DNA of 64,000 bases from Thermoanaerobaculia bacterium (GTDB taxonomy: Bacteria > Acidobacteriota > Thermoanaerobaculia > Multivoradales > JAGPDF01): assembly GCA_963712855.1 (NCBI GenBank), contig CAVQJN010000002.1, positions 51,852 through 115,851 of the forward strand, given 5' to 3'. Below the pieces are notes generated by a model that searched no databases, was not told where the DNA came from, and worked only from the letters and a program-made list of their open reading frames with translations. Shown piece after piece: positions 10,714-21,992 of this stretch. The translations under genes and the position numbers were made by a program. Positions within the stretch are counted from its first letter, which is position 1, and every line of letters begins with the position of its first letter.

Positions 10714-11800
10714 ATGCTCCTCCAGCTCCTCTACCCGCTGCACGAGCGCTTCGCGGTGTTCAACGTGGTGCGTTACCTGACCTTCCGCACCGCGGCCGCG
10801 ACGGTGACCGCACTCCTGCTGTCGCTTCTCTGCGGCCCCTGGTTCGTGCGCACCCTGCGCCGTCTGTCGGTCGGCCAGAACGTGCGCGATGTCGGCCCGC
10901 AGAGCCATCTGGTGAAGGCCGGCACGCCGACCATGGGCGGGCTCCTGATCCTCTTCGCCTGGCTCGTCGCGACGCTGCTCTGGGCGAACCTCACCAACCC
11001 CTACGTCTGGCTGGCGATCGAGGTCAGCGCGGGATTCGGATTGATCGGCTTCGCGGACGACCTGTTGAAGGTGCGGCGCAAGCGCAACCTCGGCCTCACC
11101 GCGCGCTCGAAGATGCTGCTCCAGATCCTGGTGGCCGGCGCGGCCGGAGTGGCGCTGCCGCTGCTGCCGGCCGCCCAACCGTTCTCGCGCACCTTGGCCT
11201 TTCCCTTCTTCAAGGACCTGGTAGTGGATCTCGGCGCGCTCTACGTGCCGTTCGTCGTCTTCGTCCTGGTGGGCTCGTCGAACGCGGTGAATCTGACCGA
11301 CGGGCTCGATGGCCTGGCGATCGGCGCCGCCGGCATCGCCGCCGGGACCTACGCGATCTTCTGCTACGTGGCGGGCAACCGCATCGTGGCGGGCTACCTG
11401 CAGCTCCCTTCGATCCCTGGAGTGGGTGAAGTGACCATCTTTTGCGGCGCCCTGGTCGGCGCGGCGCTCGGCTTCCTCTGGTTCAACGCCCACCCGGCCG
11501 AGGTCTTCATGGGCGACGTCGGCTCGCTGGCCCTGGGCGGCGGCATCGCCATCGTCGCGGTGATGGCCAAGCAGGAGATCCTGTTGGCGCTGGTCGGTGG
11601 GCTGTTCGTCATGGAAGCGCTCTCGGTCATCGTCCAGGTCGGCTCGTTCAAGCTGCGCGGCAAGCGCGTCTTCCGGATGGCGCCGCTCCACCACCATTTC
11701 GAGCTTCTCCGGCTGGGCCGAGCCGAAGATCATCGTTCGTTTCTGGATCCTGGCGTTGCTCTTCTCGCTCGCCGCGCTCTCCACCCTCAAGCTCCGATGA
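10714..11800 (+). CDS. mraY: Phospho-MurNAc-pentapeptide translocase MraY (apparent +1 frameshift at about 11705)
   Basis: [48 protein letters not shown]. The C-terminus [12 protein letters not shown]...STLKLR is in frame 11597..11800. One extra T in GAGCTTCTCC (11701-11710). Confidence 0.93.
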
Positions 11801-13200
11801 ACGCGACCTCCTCCTCCGAACGCTGGCGGCGCGCCTACGTCCTGGGCCTCGGGCTCTCGGGCACGGCGGCGGCGCGCCTGTTGCGTTCCCGCGGGGTGGC
11901 GGTCGTCGCGTCCGACCGCTGCCGAGCGGACGAGTTGGACCTCGAGAGCCTGGCCGGGGACGAAGGCGTGGAGCTCCGTCTGGGACGCGACGACGGGCCG
12001 CTCCCCGAAGGCCTGGACGGAGTCGTCGTGAGCCCCGGCGTCGCGCCCGCGCACCCGATCCTGGTCGCGGCGCGCGCGGCCGGGTTGCCGATCCTGGCCG
12101 AAGTCGAGCTCGCTTTCCGGTGGCTCGAGGGCACAGTGGTGGCGATCACCGGCTCGAACGGCAAGTCGACCACCACCGCGCTCGCCGGAGCCCTGATCGC
12201 CGGCACGGGACGCGCGGTCGAGGTGTGCGGCAACATCGGCGCGCCACTGGCCGGGGTGGTGGACGGAGCGCCGGGACGGATCTTCGTGGTCGAGCTGTCG
12301 AGCTTCCAGCTCGAGGCGGTCGACCGCTTCCACGCGCGGGCCGCCGCGCTGCTCAACCTCTCGCCCGACCATCTCGACCGGCACGGCGACCTCGCCGGCT
12401 ATCTGGCGGCGAAGCGGCGCGTCTTCCGCAACCAGACCTCCGACGACGTGGCGGTCTTGAACGGCGACGAGCCCGAGGTCGCGGCCACGCCGGTCGGCGG
12501 GCGGCGACGCCTCTTCTCGCGCCTCGCACGGGTCGCGGACGGCTGCTGTCTCGACGGCGACAGGGTCGTCGAACGAGCACCGGGTGAAGCGGATCGCGAG
12601 CTCTTCCGGATCGAGGACGTGCCGCTGCCCGGGCCGCACAACCTGGAGAACGCGATGGCGGCCGCCCTGCTCGCCCGCGCGGTCGGCGTCGTGCCCGAGA
12701 CGATCGCGCCGGCGCTGCGTGTTTTTCAGGGTCTGCCGCATCGGCTCGAACGGGTCGCCGAGCGCGCTGGCGTCGTCTTCTACGACGATTCGAAGGGCAC
12801 CAACGTGGCGGCCACCGCGCGCTCGCTGGAGGGTTTTCCCGACCGCAACGTGCACGTCATTCTGGGCGGCCGCAACAAGGGCGCCGATTTCCGCTACCTG
12901 CGCGAGGTGGTGGCGCGCAAGGTGAAGCGCGCCTATCTGATCGGCGAATCGGCCGGCGAGCTCGCCACGGCGCTCGCCGGCGCCACCGAGCTCTCGGCGA
13001 GCGGCACGCTCGCGGCTGCGCTCACCGAAGCCGCCGAGCGCGCCCGGGCGGGCGAAGCGGTGGTCCTGTCGCCGGCCTGCGCGAGCTTCGACCAGTTTCG
13101 CAACTACGCCGACCGGGGTGAGCAATTCCAACGTTTGGCCGCGCAGCTCGCCGCGGCGACGACGCGAGGAGGGGGCCATGGCCAAGAAGCTGGCCTTTGA
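11797..13200 (+). CDS. murD: UDP-MurNAc-L-Ala:D-Glu ligase MurD
   Basis: [56 protein letters not shown] overlaps the mraY stop. Confidence 0.95.
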   Translation: MNATSSSERWRRAYVLGLGLSGTAAARLLRSRGVAVVASDRCRADELDLESLAGDEGVELRLGRDDGPLPEGLDGVVVSPGVAPAHPILVAARAAGLPILAEVELAFRWLEGTVVAITGSNGKSTTTALAGALIAGTGRAVEVCGNIGAPLAGVVDGAPGRIFVVELSSFQLEAVDRFHARAAALLNLSPDHLDRHGDLAGYLAAKRRVFRNQTSDDVAVLNGDEPEVAATPVGGRRRLFSRLARVADGCCLDGDRVVERAPGEADRELFRIEDVPLPGPHNLENAMAAALLARAVGVVPETIAPALRVFQGLPHRLERVAERAGVVFYDDSKGTNVAATARSLEGFPDRNVHVILGGRNKGADFRYLREVVARKVKRAYLIGESAGELATALAGATELSASGTLAAALTEAAERARAGEAVVLSPACASFDQFRNYADRGEQFQRLAAQLAAATTRGGGHGQEAGL

Positions 13201-14266
13201 TCGCGTGCTCTTCACCGTCGTGGTGGTGCTGGTCGGGCTCGGCCTCGTGATGGTCTATTCGGCCAGCGCGCCGATGGCGCGCGCGGAAGGCAAGGCGGTG
13301 AACCCCTTCCTGGTCCGTCAGCTGATCGCCGCGGTCGTCGGCTTCACGGCGATGCTCACCCTCATGCACCTCGACTACCGGCGCCTCAAGGATCGCCGCG
13401 TCGTCTACACGCTCATCGCCGGAGTCGTCGGCCTGCTGGTGTTGGTCCTGTTCGCGCCCGAGCTCGATGCGACCCGACGCTGGCTCTTCTTCGCCGGCGT
13501 CTCGGTGCAGCCCTCGGAGCTGGCCAAGCTGGCCCTGGTTCCGTTCGTCGCCTTCCACCTCGATCGCAAGCTCGACCGCGTGAACACGCGCGAGCTGCTC
13601 CTCCCGGTGGGCGTCGCCACCGGCCTGTTGGCCGGCTTGGTGGTGCTCGAGCCCGACCTCGGCACGGCGCTGATGCTGGTCGCGACGGCGGCGATGCTGC
13701 TCTTCCTCGGCGGTCTCGCGTGGCGCTATCTGGCCGGCGGTATTGCGCTGGCCGTTCCGGCGGTCGCGCTGCTCGTCGCCCTCGAGCCCTACCGGCGAGC
13801 GCGCCTGTTCGCCTTCCTGCACCCCGAACGAGATCCGCTGGGAAGCGGCTTCCAGGCCCTGCAGTCGCTCATCGCGGTGGGCTCGGGTGGGGTGACCGGG
13901 TTGGGGCCGGGCAACAGCATCCAGAAGCTCTATTTCCTGCCCTATCCGCACTCCGACTTCATCTTCGCCATCGTGGCGGAGGAGCTCGGCATGATCGGCG
14001 CCGGCATCGTGCTGGCGCTCTTCGCGACGCTCTTCTGGAGAGGCGTGCGAGCCGGCTGGCGGGCGCCCGATCGCTTCGGCCGTTTCCTCGGCTGGGGCTT
14101 CGCTGGATTGCTCAGCGTGCAGGCGCTGATCAACATCTCGGTCGCGTTGGCGTTGCTCCCCACCAAGGGGATTCCGCTGCCATTCCTCTCATACGGCGGC
14201 TCGTCGCTGGTGGTCTCGCTGGCGGCCTGCGGCATCCTGCTCAACGTTTCTCAACATGGCGGATGA
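13178..14266 (+). CDS. ftsW: SEDS peptidoglycan polymerase FtsW
   Basis: [45 protein letters not shown]. Confidence 0.96.
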   Translation: MAKKLAFDRVLFTVVVVLVGLGLVMVYSASAPMARAEGKAVNPFLVRQLIAAVVGFTAMLTLMHLDYRRLKDRRVVYTLIAGVVGLLVLVLFAPELDATRRWLFFAGVSVQPSELAKLALVPFVAFHLDRKLDRVNTRELLLPVGVATGLLAGLVVLEPDLGTALMLVATAAMLLFLGGLAWRYLAGGIALAVPAVALLVALEPYRRARLFAFLHPERDPLGSGFQALQSLIAVGSGGVTGLGPGNSIQKLYFLPYPHSDFIFAIVAEELGMIGAGIVLALFATLFWRGVRAGWRAPDRFGRFLGWGFAGLLSVQALINISVALALLPTKGIPLPFLSYGGSSLVVSLAACGILLNVSQHGG

Positions 14267-15371
14267 GAACCGTGCACCCGTCTCCATCGCGCCGTTGGCG
14301 CTGCTCGCCGGTGGGGGCTCCGGCGGGCACGTCTTTCCCGCGCTCGCGGTGGGCGACGAACTGGCGCGCCGGGGGTGGCGGGTGAGCTTCGCGGGCAATC
14401 CCCAGGGCATGGAGGCGAGCCTGGTGGAGGCTCGTGGCCTCGAGTTCGTGCCGCTCGCCTCGCGTCCCCTGGTCGGTCGCGGACCGGCCGCTCGGGTGCG
14501 GGCCCTCGAGACCCTGGCCCGTTCGGCCCGTTCGGCCCGCCGTTGGATCCGCACGAGTCACGTGCGGGTGGTGGTCGGCACGGGCGGTTACGCGTCGGCG
14601 CCGGCGGTGGTCGGTGCCCGTTGGGCGGGCTGTCCCGCGCTGCTGGTGGAACCCAACGCGCGCTGCGGTGTCGCCAACCGGTGGCTCTCCCGCTTCGCGA
14701 GCGCCGCGGCCACGGCGTACGAAGAGACGGGTCACGGCTTGCGCTGCCCGAGCTTCGTCGCCGGCGTGCCGGTGCGCGACGCGTTCTTCGAGGTGCCCGA
14801 CCTCCTCTCGGACGCCCCGCCACGGTTGCTCGTGCTCGGCGGCAGTCAGGGATCGCGACGGCTCAATCTCCTGTTGCCGCAGGCGGTCGAGTCGGCGCTC
14901 GAGTCGATTCCCGGTTTGCGGGTGATCCACCAATGCGGAGCGAAGAACCTCGACGAGGCGCGCGCGGGCTGGCGCGCGGCCGGCGAGGCGGCCCGGACGG
15001 CGGCCGAGGTCGTGCCTTTCGTCGACGACGTGGCGGCCGCCTTGCGCACCGCCAGTCTCGTGGTCTCGCGGGCCGGCGCCATCACCCTGGCGGAGATCTG
15101 TGCCGCCGGACGGCCTTCGATCCTGGTGCCGCTGGCGCTCGCCGGGGGGCATCAGGAGCACAACGCGCGGCAGCTCGCGGAGCACGGCGCGGCGCGTCTG
15201 TTGAGCGAGAGCGACGCGACTCCCGAGGCGTTGGCGGAGCTGCTCGTCGAGATCCTCCGAGACCCGGCGGGTCGGATCGAAGTGGCCAAGCGGGCCCGCG
15301 GCCTGGCGCGACCCGGCGCCGCGGCGACGATCGCCGACCGCGCCGAGAAGCTGGCGGGAGTCGGGCCATGA
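14256..15371 (+). CDS. murG: Lipid II GlcNAc transferase MurG
   Basis: GGGSGGHVFP, GTGGYAS, GGSQGS, SRAGA, HQEHNA. Confidence 0.96.
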   Translation: MADENRAPVSIAPLALLAGGGSGGHVFPALAVGDELARRGWRVSFAGNPQGMEASLVEARGLEFVPLASRPLVGRGPAARVRALETLARSARSARRWIRTSHVRVVVGTGGYASAPAVVGARWAGCPALLVEPNARCGVANRWLSRFASAAATAYEETGHGLRCPSFVAGVPVRDAFFEVPDLLSDAPPRLLVLGGSQGSRRLNLLLPQAVESALESIPGLRVIHQCGAKNLDEARAGWRAAGEAARTAAEVVPFVDDVAAALRTASLVVSRAGAITLAEICAAGRPSILVPLALAGGHQEHNARQLAEHGAARLLSESDATPEALAELLVEILRDPAGRIEVAKRARGLARPGAAATIADRAEKLAGVGP

Positions 15372-16756
15372 CGCGGCCTCTCTTCGTTGGTCTGCGCCAC
15401 GCCCACTTCGTGGGCATCGGGGGCGCCGGAATGAGCGGGATCGCCGAGGTTCTGGCCCAGTACGAGATCCAGGTCTCGGGGTGCGACCGCGCGGCGAGCG
15501 AAACGACCGAGAGGCTGGCGCGGCTCGGCATCGCGGTCGCGCAGGGGCACTCGGCCGGGCATCTCGACGGAGTCGACCTGGTGGTCGTCTCCTCCGCGAT
15601 CGAGCCGACCAATCCGGAAGTGGTGGCGGCCCACGAGCGGGGCATCCCGGTGGTGCGGCGGGCCGAAATGCTGGCCGAGCTGATGCGCCTGAAGTACGGC
15701 ATCGCGGTGGCGGGCACCCACGGCAAGACCACGACGACGTCGCTGGTCGGCGCCATCCTGGTGGAGGCGGGGCTCGACCCGACGGTGATCGTGGGCGGGC
15801 GGCTGCGCGTTTCCGGAACCGGAGCGCGACTCGGCCAGAGCGACTACATGGTGGTCGAGGCCGACGAATACGATCGCAGCTTCCTCTCGCTCGCGCCGAT
15901 CGTCGCCGTGGTGACCTCGGTCGACCGCGATCACCTCGACACTTACGAGGATCTGGGCGAAATCCGTGACGCGTTCGTCGCTTTCGCCAGCCGGGTTCCC
16001 TTCTTCGGCCAGATTCTCCTGTGCGCCGACGATCCGAACGCGCGCGAGCTCCTGCCACGGCTCGCCGAGCGGCGGGTGGTGACCTACGGCCTGGACGGCG
16101 ATTGGGACCTGGTCGCACGGTCGCTCGAGAGCGACTCGGCGGGCAGCCGCTTCACGGTCCATCAGCGCAAGAGCGAGGAGGTCGGCCGGGTCGCCATCCC
16201 GTTGCCGGGTCTGCACAACGTGCGCAACGCGCTGGCGGCGATCGGAGTCGGTCTGGCGCTCGGCATTCCGTTCAGCAAGATCACCAGCGCGCTGGCTGCT
16301 TTCACCGGCGTGCACCGCCGTTTCGAGCGACTCGGCACCTTCCACGGCGCCGAGGTGGTCGACGACTACGCGCACCATCCGACCGAAGTCGCGGCGACCC
16401 TCGCAGCGGCGCGCCAGGTCTATCCGCGGCGTACCCTGCACGCCGTCTTCCAACCGCACCTGTTCTCCCGCACCCGTGACATGGCGACGGAGTTCGGGCG
16501 CGCCCTGCTGGCCGCCGACCGGGTGATCGTGACCGACGTCTATGCGTCGCGCGAGAAGCCGATTCCGGGTGTCAGCGGCGAGCTGGTGGCGCAGGCGGCC
16601 CGGGCGGCCGGGCACCCCCGCGTCGACAGCTGCAAGAGCTGGCAGGAGGCGCGAGCGCTGCTCGAAGGGGTCGACGAGGGGGATGTCGTCCTCACCCTCG
16701 GCGCCGGCGACGTCTACCGGCTCGGCGAGCAGCTGGCGGCGGAGGAGCGCTCGTGA
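15368..16756 (+). CDS. murC: UDP-MurNAc:L-Ala ligase MurC
   Basis: HFVGIGGAGMSGIA, AGTHGKTTT, EADEYD, DDYAHHPTE, FQPHLFSRT. The true start is ATG 15368, inside ORF 14375..16756. Confidence 0.96.
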   Translation: MTRPLFVGLRHAHFVGIGGAGMSGIAEVLAQYEIQVSGCDRAASETTERLARLGIAVAQGHSAGHLDGVDLVVVSSAIEPTNPEVVAAHERGIPVVRRAEMLAELMRLKYGIAVAGTHGKTTTTSLVGAILVEAGLDPTVIVGGRLRVSGTGARLGQSDYMVVEADEYDRSFLSLAPIVAVVTSVDRDHLDTYEDLGEIRDAFVAFASRVPFFGQILLCADDPNARELLPRLAERRVVTYGLDGDWDLVARSLESDSAGSRFTVHQRKSEEVGRVAIPLPGLHNVRNALAAIGVGLALGIPFSKITSALAAFTGVHRRFERLGTFHGAEVVDDYAHHPTEVAATLAAARQVYPRRTLHAVFQPHLFSRTRDMATEFGRALLAADRVIVTDVYASREKPIPGVSGELVAQAARAAGHPRVDSCKSWQEARALLEGVDEGDVVLTLGAGDVYRLGEQLAAEERS

Positions 16757-17556
16757 CAGCGCGCGACGCGTTCGCCTTCGAGGGCAAAGTGCTCCCCTTC
16801 CGGCGGCGCAGTGCCGCGGTGCGGGTGCGGCGGCGCAATCCGTGGCTCGCTCTGCTGGGACCGTTCCTGCAGGCCCTCGTGCTCGTCGGGACACCGATCG
16901 CGCTCGGGCTCTGGCTCTTCTCGTCCCCCAGCTTCGCGCTCGCGCACGTCGAGGTGAAGGGCAACCAACGCGTCGATGCGCGGTGGCTCGACCGGACGCT
17001 CGCGCCGCTCGGTGGCTCGAATCTGTTCGAGCTCTCGATTCCGCTGGTCCAGAGACTGATCGGCGTCAACCCCTGGATCGCTCAGGTGACGGTCGAGAAA
17101 CGTCTCCCGAACACCCTCCGTCTCGCGGTGATCGAACGCCGCCCGGCGGCGCTCCTGCGCACCGTCGACGGGCTCTCGGTGCTCGACGCCGACGGCAAGG
17201 TGATCGCGCCCTGGCAGCCGAATCTGGGGGCGGAGAACCTGCTTCTCGTGAGCGTGGGCACGACGAGTGAGGTCGACCTCTCCGGAGCCCTCGCGGTGGC
17301 GGGCGAGCTCGGACGGGTCGAGCCCGACTGGGCCGCAACCTTGTCCGAAGTCGAGGTGTTGTCGGACGACGACTTCCGGCTCTATCTCGGGGCGCTCCCC
17401 TTTCCACTCGCGGTGCGGGCCGGCACGCTCGCGGCGCGTCTGCCCGTTCTGCGCTCGCTCCTGCCGGAGCTCGAGCGCCGCTATCCGGGGCTCGCCTCGG
17501 TCGATCTCCGTTTCGAACGACGCATCGTTTTTCAACCTGTGGTAGAGAGGTCCTGA
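16753..17556 (+). CDS. ftsQ: Cell division protein FtsQ/DivIB
   Basis: One TM helix, POTRA segment (NPWIAQVTVEKRLPNTL...ERRP) and C-terminal VDLRF; lies before ftsA. Confidence 0.9.
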   Translation: MTARDAFAFEGKVLPFRRRSAAVRVRRRNPWLALLGPFLQALVLVGTPIALGLWLFSSPSFALAHVEVKGNQRVDARWLDRTLAPLGGSNLFELSIPLVQRLIGVNPWIAQVTVEKRLPNTLRLAVIERRPAALLRTVDGLSVLDADGKVIAPWQPNLGAENLLLVSVGTTSEVDLSGALAVAGELGRVEPDWAATLSEVEVLSDDDFRLYLGALPFPLAVRAGTLAARLPVLRSLLPELERRYPGLASVDLRFERRIVFQPVVERS

Positions 17557-17558
17557 GC

Positions 17559-18797
17559 ATGGCCAAACCAGACGAATACGTGGTGGGTATCGACGTCGGC
17601 TCCTCGAAGGTCGCGGTGCTGATCGGCAAGCGCGACGAGAAAGGAGGTCTCGAGGTGGCGGGGCGCGGTCAGGCGCCGAACCGCGGCACCCGGCGCGGCA
17701 ACATCGTCAATCTCGAGGCGACCGTCGAGGCGCTCAAGGCGGCGAGCGAGGAAGCCGAGGTGATGGCCGGAGTCGAGATCTCGCGCGCCTGGGTGGGCAT
17801 CGCCGGCGCCGATGTGCGATCGGTCAACGTGCGCGGCATGGTGTCGGTGGCGCGTAAGGACCGCGAGATCACGCGAGCCGACATCCAGCGGGTACTCGAG
17901 GCCGCGCAGTCGGCCGCGCTGCCCTCCGACCGCGAGATCCTGCACTCCCTGCCCCAGGAGTTCGTGGTCGACGAGCAGGGGGGCATCGCCGATCCGCTCG
18001 GCATGCTGGGCTCGCGCCTCGAGGTGCAGGCTCACCTGGTGACCGGGCAGACGGCGCGCTCGCGGACCCTGCTGACCTGCGTGAACCGGGCCGGGATCGA
18101 GGTCGCGGAGATGGTGTTCGAGCCCCTGGCCACCGCCGAGACGGTGCTCACACCCGACGAGAAGGACCTCGGCGTGCTGCTTCTCGATATCGGAGCCGGA
18201 ACCTGCGGTTGGTCGCTCTTCGAGGACGGCGAGCCTCGCCACTCCGGCGTGCTGCCGATCGGCGCCGGCCACTTCACGAACGACCTCGCGATGGTGTTGC
18301 GTACGCCCTATGCGGAGGCGGAACGGATCAAGCTCAAGGACGGTTGCTGCCTCGGCACGATGATCGACGAGGAGGCAGGCATCTCGGTGCCGGCGGTGGC
18401 CGGCGGCGCGCCGCGCATCGTGCCGCGTGGCGAGATCTGCGAGATTCTCGAGCCGCGCGCCGAGGAGATGCTGAGCCTGCTGCGCGTCGAGCTCTCCCAC
18501 GGCGGCTGGGACGGCGGCCTGCGAGGCGGCGTCGTGCTGACCGGCGGCGGCGCCCAGCTCGACGGCCTGCAGGAGCTCGCCGCCCAGGTCCTCGACACCA
18601 GCGTGCGCTGCGGCCTGCCGAACGGCCTGGGCGGTCTGGTCGACGTCCTGACCTCGCCCAACTGGTCGACCGCTGCCGGCCTGTTGCGCTGGGCGGTCGT
18701 TTCCGAACAGTCCGCGACGCGCCCCGCGCGCCGCTCCACATTCCGGATGAAGAACCTGGTCGGCAGCTTGAGAAACGTCTTCAGCGACCTTCTCTGA
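17559..18797 (+). CDS. ftsA: Cell division protein FtsA
   Basis: [32 protein letters not shown]-terminal amphipathic helix. Confidence 0.96.
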   Translation: MAKPDEYVVGIDVGSSKVAVLIGKRDEKGGLEVAGRGQAPNRGTRRGNIVNLEATVEALKAASEEAEVMAGVEISRAWVGIAGADVRSVNVRGMVSVARKDREITRADIQRVLEAAQSAALPSDREILHSLPQEFVVDEQGGIADPLGMLGSRLEVQAHLVTGQTARSRTLLTCVNRAGIEVAEMVFEPLATAETVLTPDEKDLGVLLLDIGAGTCGWSLFEDGEPRHSGVLPIGAGHFTNDLAMVLRTPYAEAERIKLKDGCCLGTMIDEEAGISVPAVAGGAPRIVPRGEICEILEPRAEEMLSLLRVELSHGGWDGGLRGGVVLTGGGAQLDGLQELAAQVLDTSVRCGLPNGLGGLVDVLTSPNWSTAAGLLRWAVVSEQSATRPARRSTFRMKNLVGSLRNVFSDLL

Positions 18798-18829
18798 GCC
18801 CAGCCAACAGACCGAAGGAGAATGCGACC

Positions 18830-20098
18830 ATGATCCTTTTCGACGACGAACAGCCGACCCAGACGGGAACGAGCTACCAGCCGACTCCCGGAGCGGTGCC
18901 GGCCAAGATCAAGGTGATCGGGGTGGGCGGAGGCGGCGGCAACGCGGTCAACCGCATGATTGCCTCCAACCTGCGCGGCATCGAGTTCATCGCTGCCAAC
19001 ACCGACGTTCAGGCGCTTTCGAAGTGCAAGGCGCCGTGCAAGATGCAGCTCGGGTCCCAGATCACGCGCGGGCTCGGCGCCGGCGCGGATCCAGAGATCG
19101 GCCGGAAGGCCGCACTCGAGGACACCGACAAGATCCTCGAACTGCTCGACGGCGCGGACATGATCTTCCTGACCGCCGGCATGGGCGGCGGCACCGGCAC
19201 CGGTGCGATGCCGATTCTGGCTTCGCTGGCCGCCGAGATCGGCGCTCTGACCGTGGCCGTGGTGACCAAGCCGTTCGGTTTCGAGGGGCGCCGCCGGATG
19301 GCCCACGCCGAGCACGGCATCGAGGAGCTGCGCGGCGCGGTCGACACCCTGATCACGATCCCGAACGAGCGTCTGCTCTCCTTCGTGGAGCGCGGCACGC
19401 CGCTCGCCGAGGCTTTTCGGGTCGCCGACGACGTGCTGCGCCAAGCCGTGCAGGGGATCTCTGACCTGATCACGGTGCCGGGCGAGGTCAACGTCGACTT
19501 CGCCGACGTCAAGGCGATCATGAGTGGCATGGGCATGGCGCTGATGGGCACCGGCATCGCCAAGGGCGAGAACCGGTCGCTCGAGGCGGCGCAACGTGCG
19601 ATCAGCTCGCCGCTTCTCGAGGAGACCTCGATCGAGGGCGCCAAGGGCGTCCTGATCAACATCTCGGGAGGCCGCGACCTGACCCTCTACGAGGTCGCCG
19701 AGGCGGCGAAGATCATCTCGGCGGCGGTCGATCAGGAGGCCAACATCATCACCGGCATGGTGATCGACGAGACGCTCGAGGAGGAGATGAAGGTCACCGT
19801 GATCGCCACCGGCTTCCGCTACGCGGGCGAGGTCGCGGCCGCGGCCTCGGCGCCGCAGGCGTACGTGCCGCAGAACGCCTTCTCGCGCGAGCCGCTGCGC
19901 AGCCCGGCCCCGGCGCCGTCACGTCCCACGCCGCCGGAGCCGGCTCCCGCCCAGACGGCGAGTCACGAGAAGGTCCCTTTCTACAAGAAGGTGCTGGCCG
20001 GCTCGACGCGCTCCGACGATCCGAACGGCTTCGGCCCCAACTGGTCGAACGTCGACGATTACGACATCCCCACCATCCTGCGCAAGCAGATGGACTGA
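18830..20098 (+). CDS. ftsZ: Cell division GTPase FtsZ
   Basis: [14 protein letters not shown], tubulin signature [17 protein letters not shown]-terminal [17 protein letters not shown] upstream of ATG 18830. Confidence 0.98.
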   Translation: MILFDDEQPTQTGTSYQPTPGAVPAKIKVIGVGGGGGNAVNRMIASNLRGIEFIAANTDVQALSKCKAPCKMQLGSQITRGLGAGADPEIGRKAALEDTDKILELLDGADMIFLTAGMGGGTGTGAMPILASLAAEIGALTVAVVTKPFGFEGRRRMAHAEHGIEELRGAVDTLITIPNERLLSFVERGTPLAEAFRVADDVLRQAVQGISDLITVPGEVNVDFADVKAIMSGMGMALMGTGIAKGENRSLEAAQRAISSPLLEETSIEGAKGVLINISGGRDLTLYEVAEAAKIISAAVDQEANIITGMVIDETLEEEMKVTVIATGFRYAGEVAAAASAPQAYVPQNAFSREPLRSPAPAPSRPTPPEPAPAQTASHEKVPFYKKVLAGSTRSDDPNGFGPNWSNVDDYDIPTILRKQMD

Positions 20099-20160
20099 GG
20101 AGCGCCGCGTCTCGCGGCACGGCGACGGAGCGCGGGAGCGCCCCCTGCTAGGCTTTCCTC

Positions 20161-20742
20161 ATGCCGGGCGAGAGGGAGTCGGAGCGCTTCTGGTGGCGTG
20201 CGGCGGGAGGGGTATTGGTGGCGATCTACCTATCGCTCTACCCGGCGCAGTTCGCGCTCGACTGGCTGCGGGCGCGAGATCTTCTCCGTCTCTCGCTGCT
20301 CGCCGTGGCTCTCCTGGTGGTCGTCGCCGTCGCGACGTGGATGGTCCGCCGGCACGCCGCGTGGCGCGAGTGGCTGGTGCTCGTCCTCGCGGGACTCCTC
20401 TACGGCGCCTACGCGGCGCGCATGTCGATCGTGCAGGAGCGCTTCCACCTGGTGGATTACGGGCTGCTGGCGGTGCTCCTCCGGCAGGCGCTGATCGCGC
20501 GCGAGTCCCGCCACTTGGATGCGAATCCGTGGCGAAGGCACTGGCTGCCGGAGCTCGGCGCGATCGGACTCGCGACCGCGTGCGGCTGGGTGGACGAGCT
20601 CATTCAGGCCGTGCTGCCCAACCGCCGCTACGACATCCGTGACGTGGGAACCAACGCGCTTGCCGCCACTTTCGCCGTGACGACGTTCGCGGCGCTCGCC
20701 GCGGCGCGTCGCCGAGGCGATCGTAGAGAGGTCGGCCGATGA
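20161..20742 (+). CDS. VanZ-family membrane protein
   Basis: Several TM helices; ERFHLVDYGLL and DELIQAVLPNRRYDIRDVGTN match the VanZ-like pattern. Confidence 0.75.
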   Translation: MPGERESERFWWRAAGGVLVAIYLSLYPAQFALDWLRARDLLRLSLLAVALLVVVAVATWMVRRHAAWREWLVLVLAGLLYGAYAARMSIVQERFHLVDYGLLAVLLRQALIARESRHLDANPWRRHWLPELGAIGLATACGWVDELIQAVLPNRRYDIRDVGTNALAATFAVTTFAALAAARRRGDRREVGR

Positions 20743-21992
20743 ACGAGCGCGACGCTCTGTTGCGTCTCGCGGTGGCCGCCCTGGGTGGGCTGGCGGTGGG
20801 TATCGAACGGGAGTGGTCGGCGCGCCAGGAGAAGGATCACTCCCGTTTCGGGGGCGTCCGCACGTTCCTGCTGCTCGGCCTGCTCGGCGGGCTCTCCACC
20901 GTGATCGGGCAACGCGCGGGTTGGTGGGTCGGGGTGCTGCCGGCGGCGGCAGGCCTCGTCCTGATCGCGACGGCCTACGTGGTGTCGGCCTGGCGCGGAA
21001 CCATCGACGCCACGACCGAGGTGGCCGGGGCGGTGGTGATCGGTGCTGGCCTCATGTCGGGTCTCGGCGAAATCGTGCTGGCGAGCGCGGTCTTCGCCTC
21101 GACGGCGCTCGTGCTGGCCGAGAAGAGCCGCATGCACGCCGCGGTGGAGCGCATCCGCTCGCAGGAGCTCGCCGCGGCGGCACGCTTCGCGGTGCTGGCT
21201 CTCGTCGTGTTGCCGCTCCTGCCCGGCCAGCCGATACCCTGGCTCGCCGGCATCGCGCCGCAGAAGCTCTGGGGGATCGTGCTGCTGTTCGCCGGCCTCT
21301 CGTTCGCCGGGTATCTGGCGCTGCGCGCTGCCGGACCGGGACGCGGCTACGGGATCGCCGGCCTGCTCGGCGGCGTGATCTCCTCGACAGCGGTCACCCT
21401 CAACTTCGCCCGCGAGAGCCGTTCCAATCGCACCACGGCGCCGCAACTGGCGGCCGGCGCGCTGGCCGCCTCGGCGGTGCTGCCGCTGCGGGTCGGAGTG
21501 CTCTCCGCGGTGCTCAATCGGGAAGTCGCGCTCGCGCTGTTGCCCGCCTTGTTGGCGCCGCTCTTATTCGGCGTGCTCACGGTGGCGCGGGCGTTCAAGC
21601 GGGTTCCCGAGGGTTCGGAGGTGCGGGAGGACTTGTTGCCCACCCACCCTCTGCGGCTCGGTTCGGCGATCCAGATGACGCTCTTCTTTGCCCTCGTTCT
21701 GGTGGTGCTGGGCGCGGTGCGCGACCGCATCGGCACCGAGGGACTGCTCGGTAGCTCGGCGCTGCTCGGCCTGACCGACCTCGACGCCCTGACGTATTCG
21801 ATGAATCGCCTCGCCAGCGCCGGAACGGCGGTGACCGTGGCGGCCGACGCGTTGCTCGTCGGCATGATCGCGAACTCCGTGTTCAAGGGAGTTGCTGCGC
21901 TGGTCGTCGGACGCGGCCGCTTTCGCCTCTACTGCGGCGTTGGCCTGGCCATCTATATCCTCCTCTTCGCCCTCGGATTCCTGCTGGTTTGA
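20739..21992 (+). CDS. MgtC/SapB-family membrane protein with a DUF4010-type C-terminal region
   Basis: GLAVGIERE, GVRTF, GGVISSTAVT, GLTDLDA; many TM helices. Confidence 0.85.
   Translation: MNERDALLRLAVAALGGLAVGIEREWSARQEKDHSRFGGVRTFLLLGLLGGLSTVIGQRAGWWVGVLPAAAGLVLIATAYVVSAWRGTIDATTEVAGAVVIGAGLMSGLGEIVLASAVFASTALVLAEKSRMHAAVERIRSQELAAAARFAVLALVVLPLLPGQPIPWLAGIAPQKLWGIVLLFAGLSFAGYLALRAAGPGRGYGIAGLLGGVISSTAVTLNFARESRSNRTTAPQLAAGALAASAVLPLRVGVLSAVLNREVALALLPALLAPLLFGVLTVARAFKRVPEGSEVREDLLPTHPLRLGSAIQMTLFFALVLVVLGAVRDRIGTEGLLGSSALLGLTDLDALTYSMNRLASAGTAVTVAADALLVGMIANSVFKGVAALVVGRGRFRLYCGVGLAIYILLFALGFLLV

Noticed and set aside
9229-13200. Apparent 1323-aa MurE-MraY-MurD fusion ORF
   Set aside because: Produced by two single-base insertions. 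The true C-termini and stops of murE and mraY lie in another frame, and each downstream gene has its own ATG.
14514-14539. Short tandem repeat GGCCCGTTC in murG
   Set aside because: In-frame coding repeat (ARS ARS AR); not a CRISPR or contingency array.
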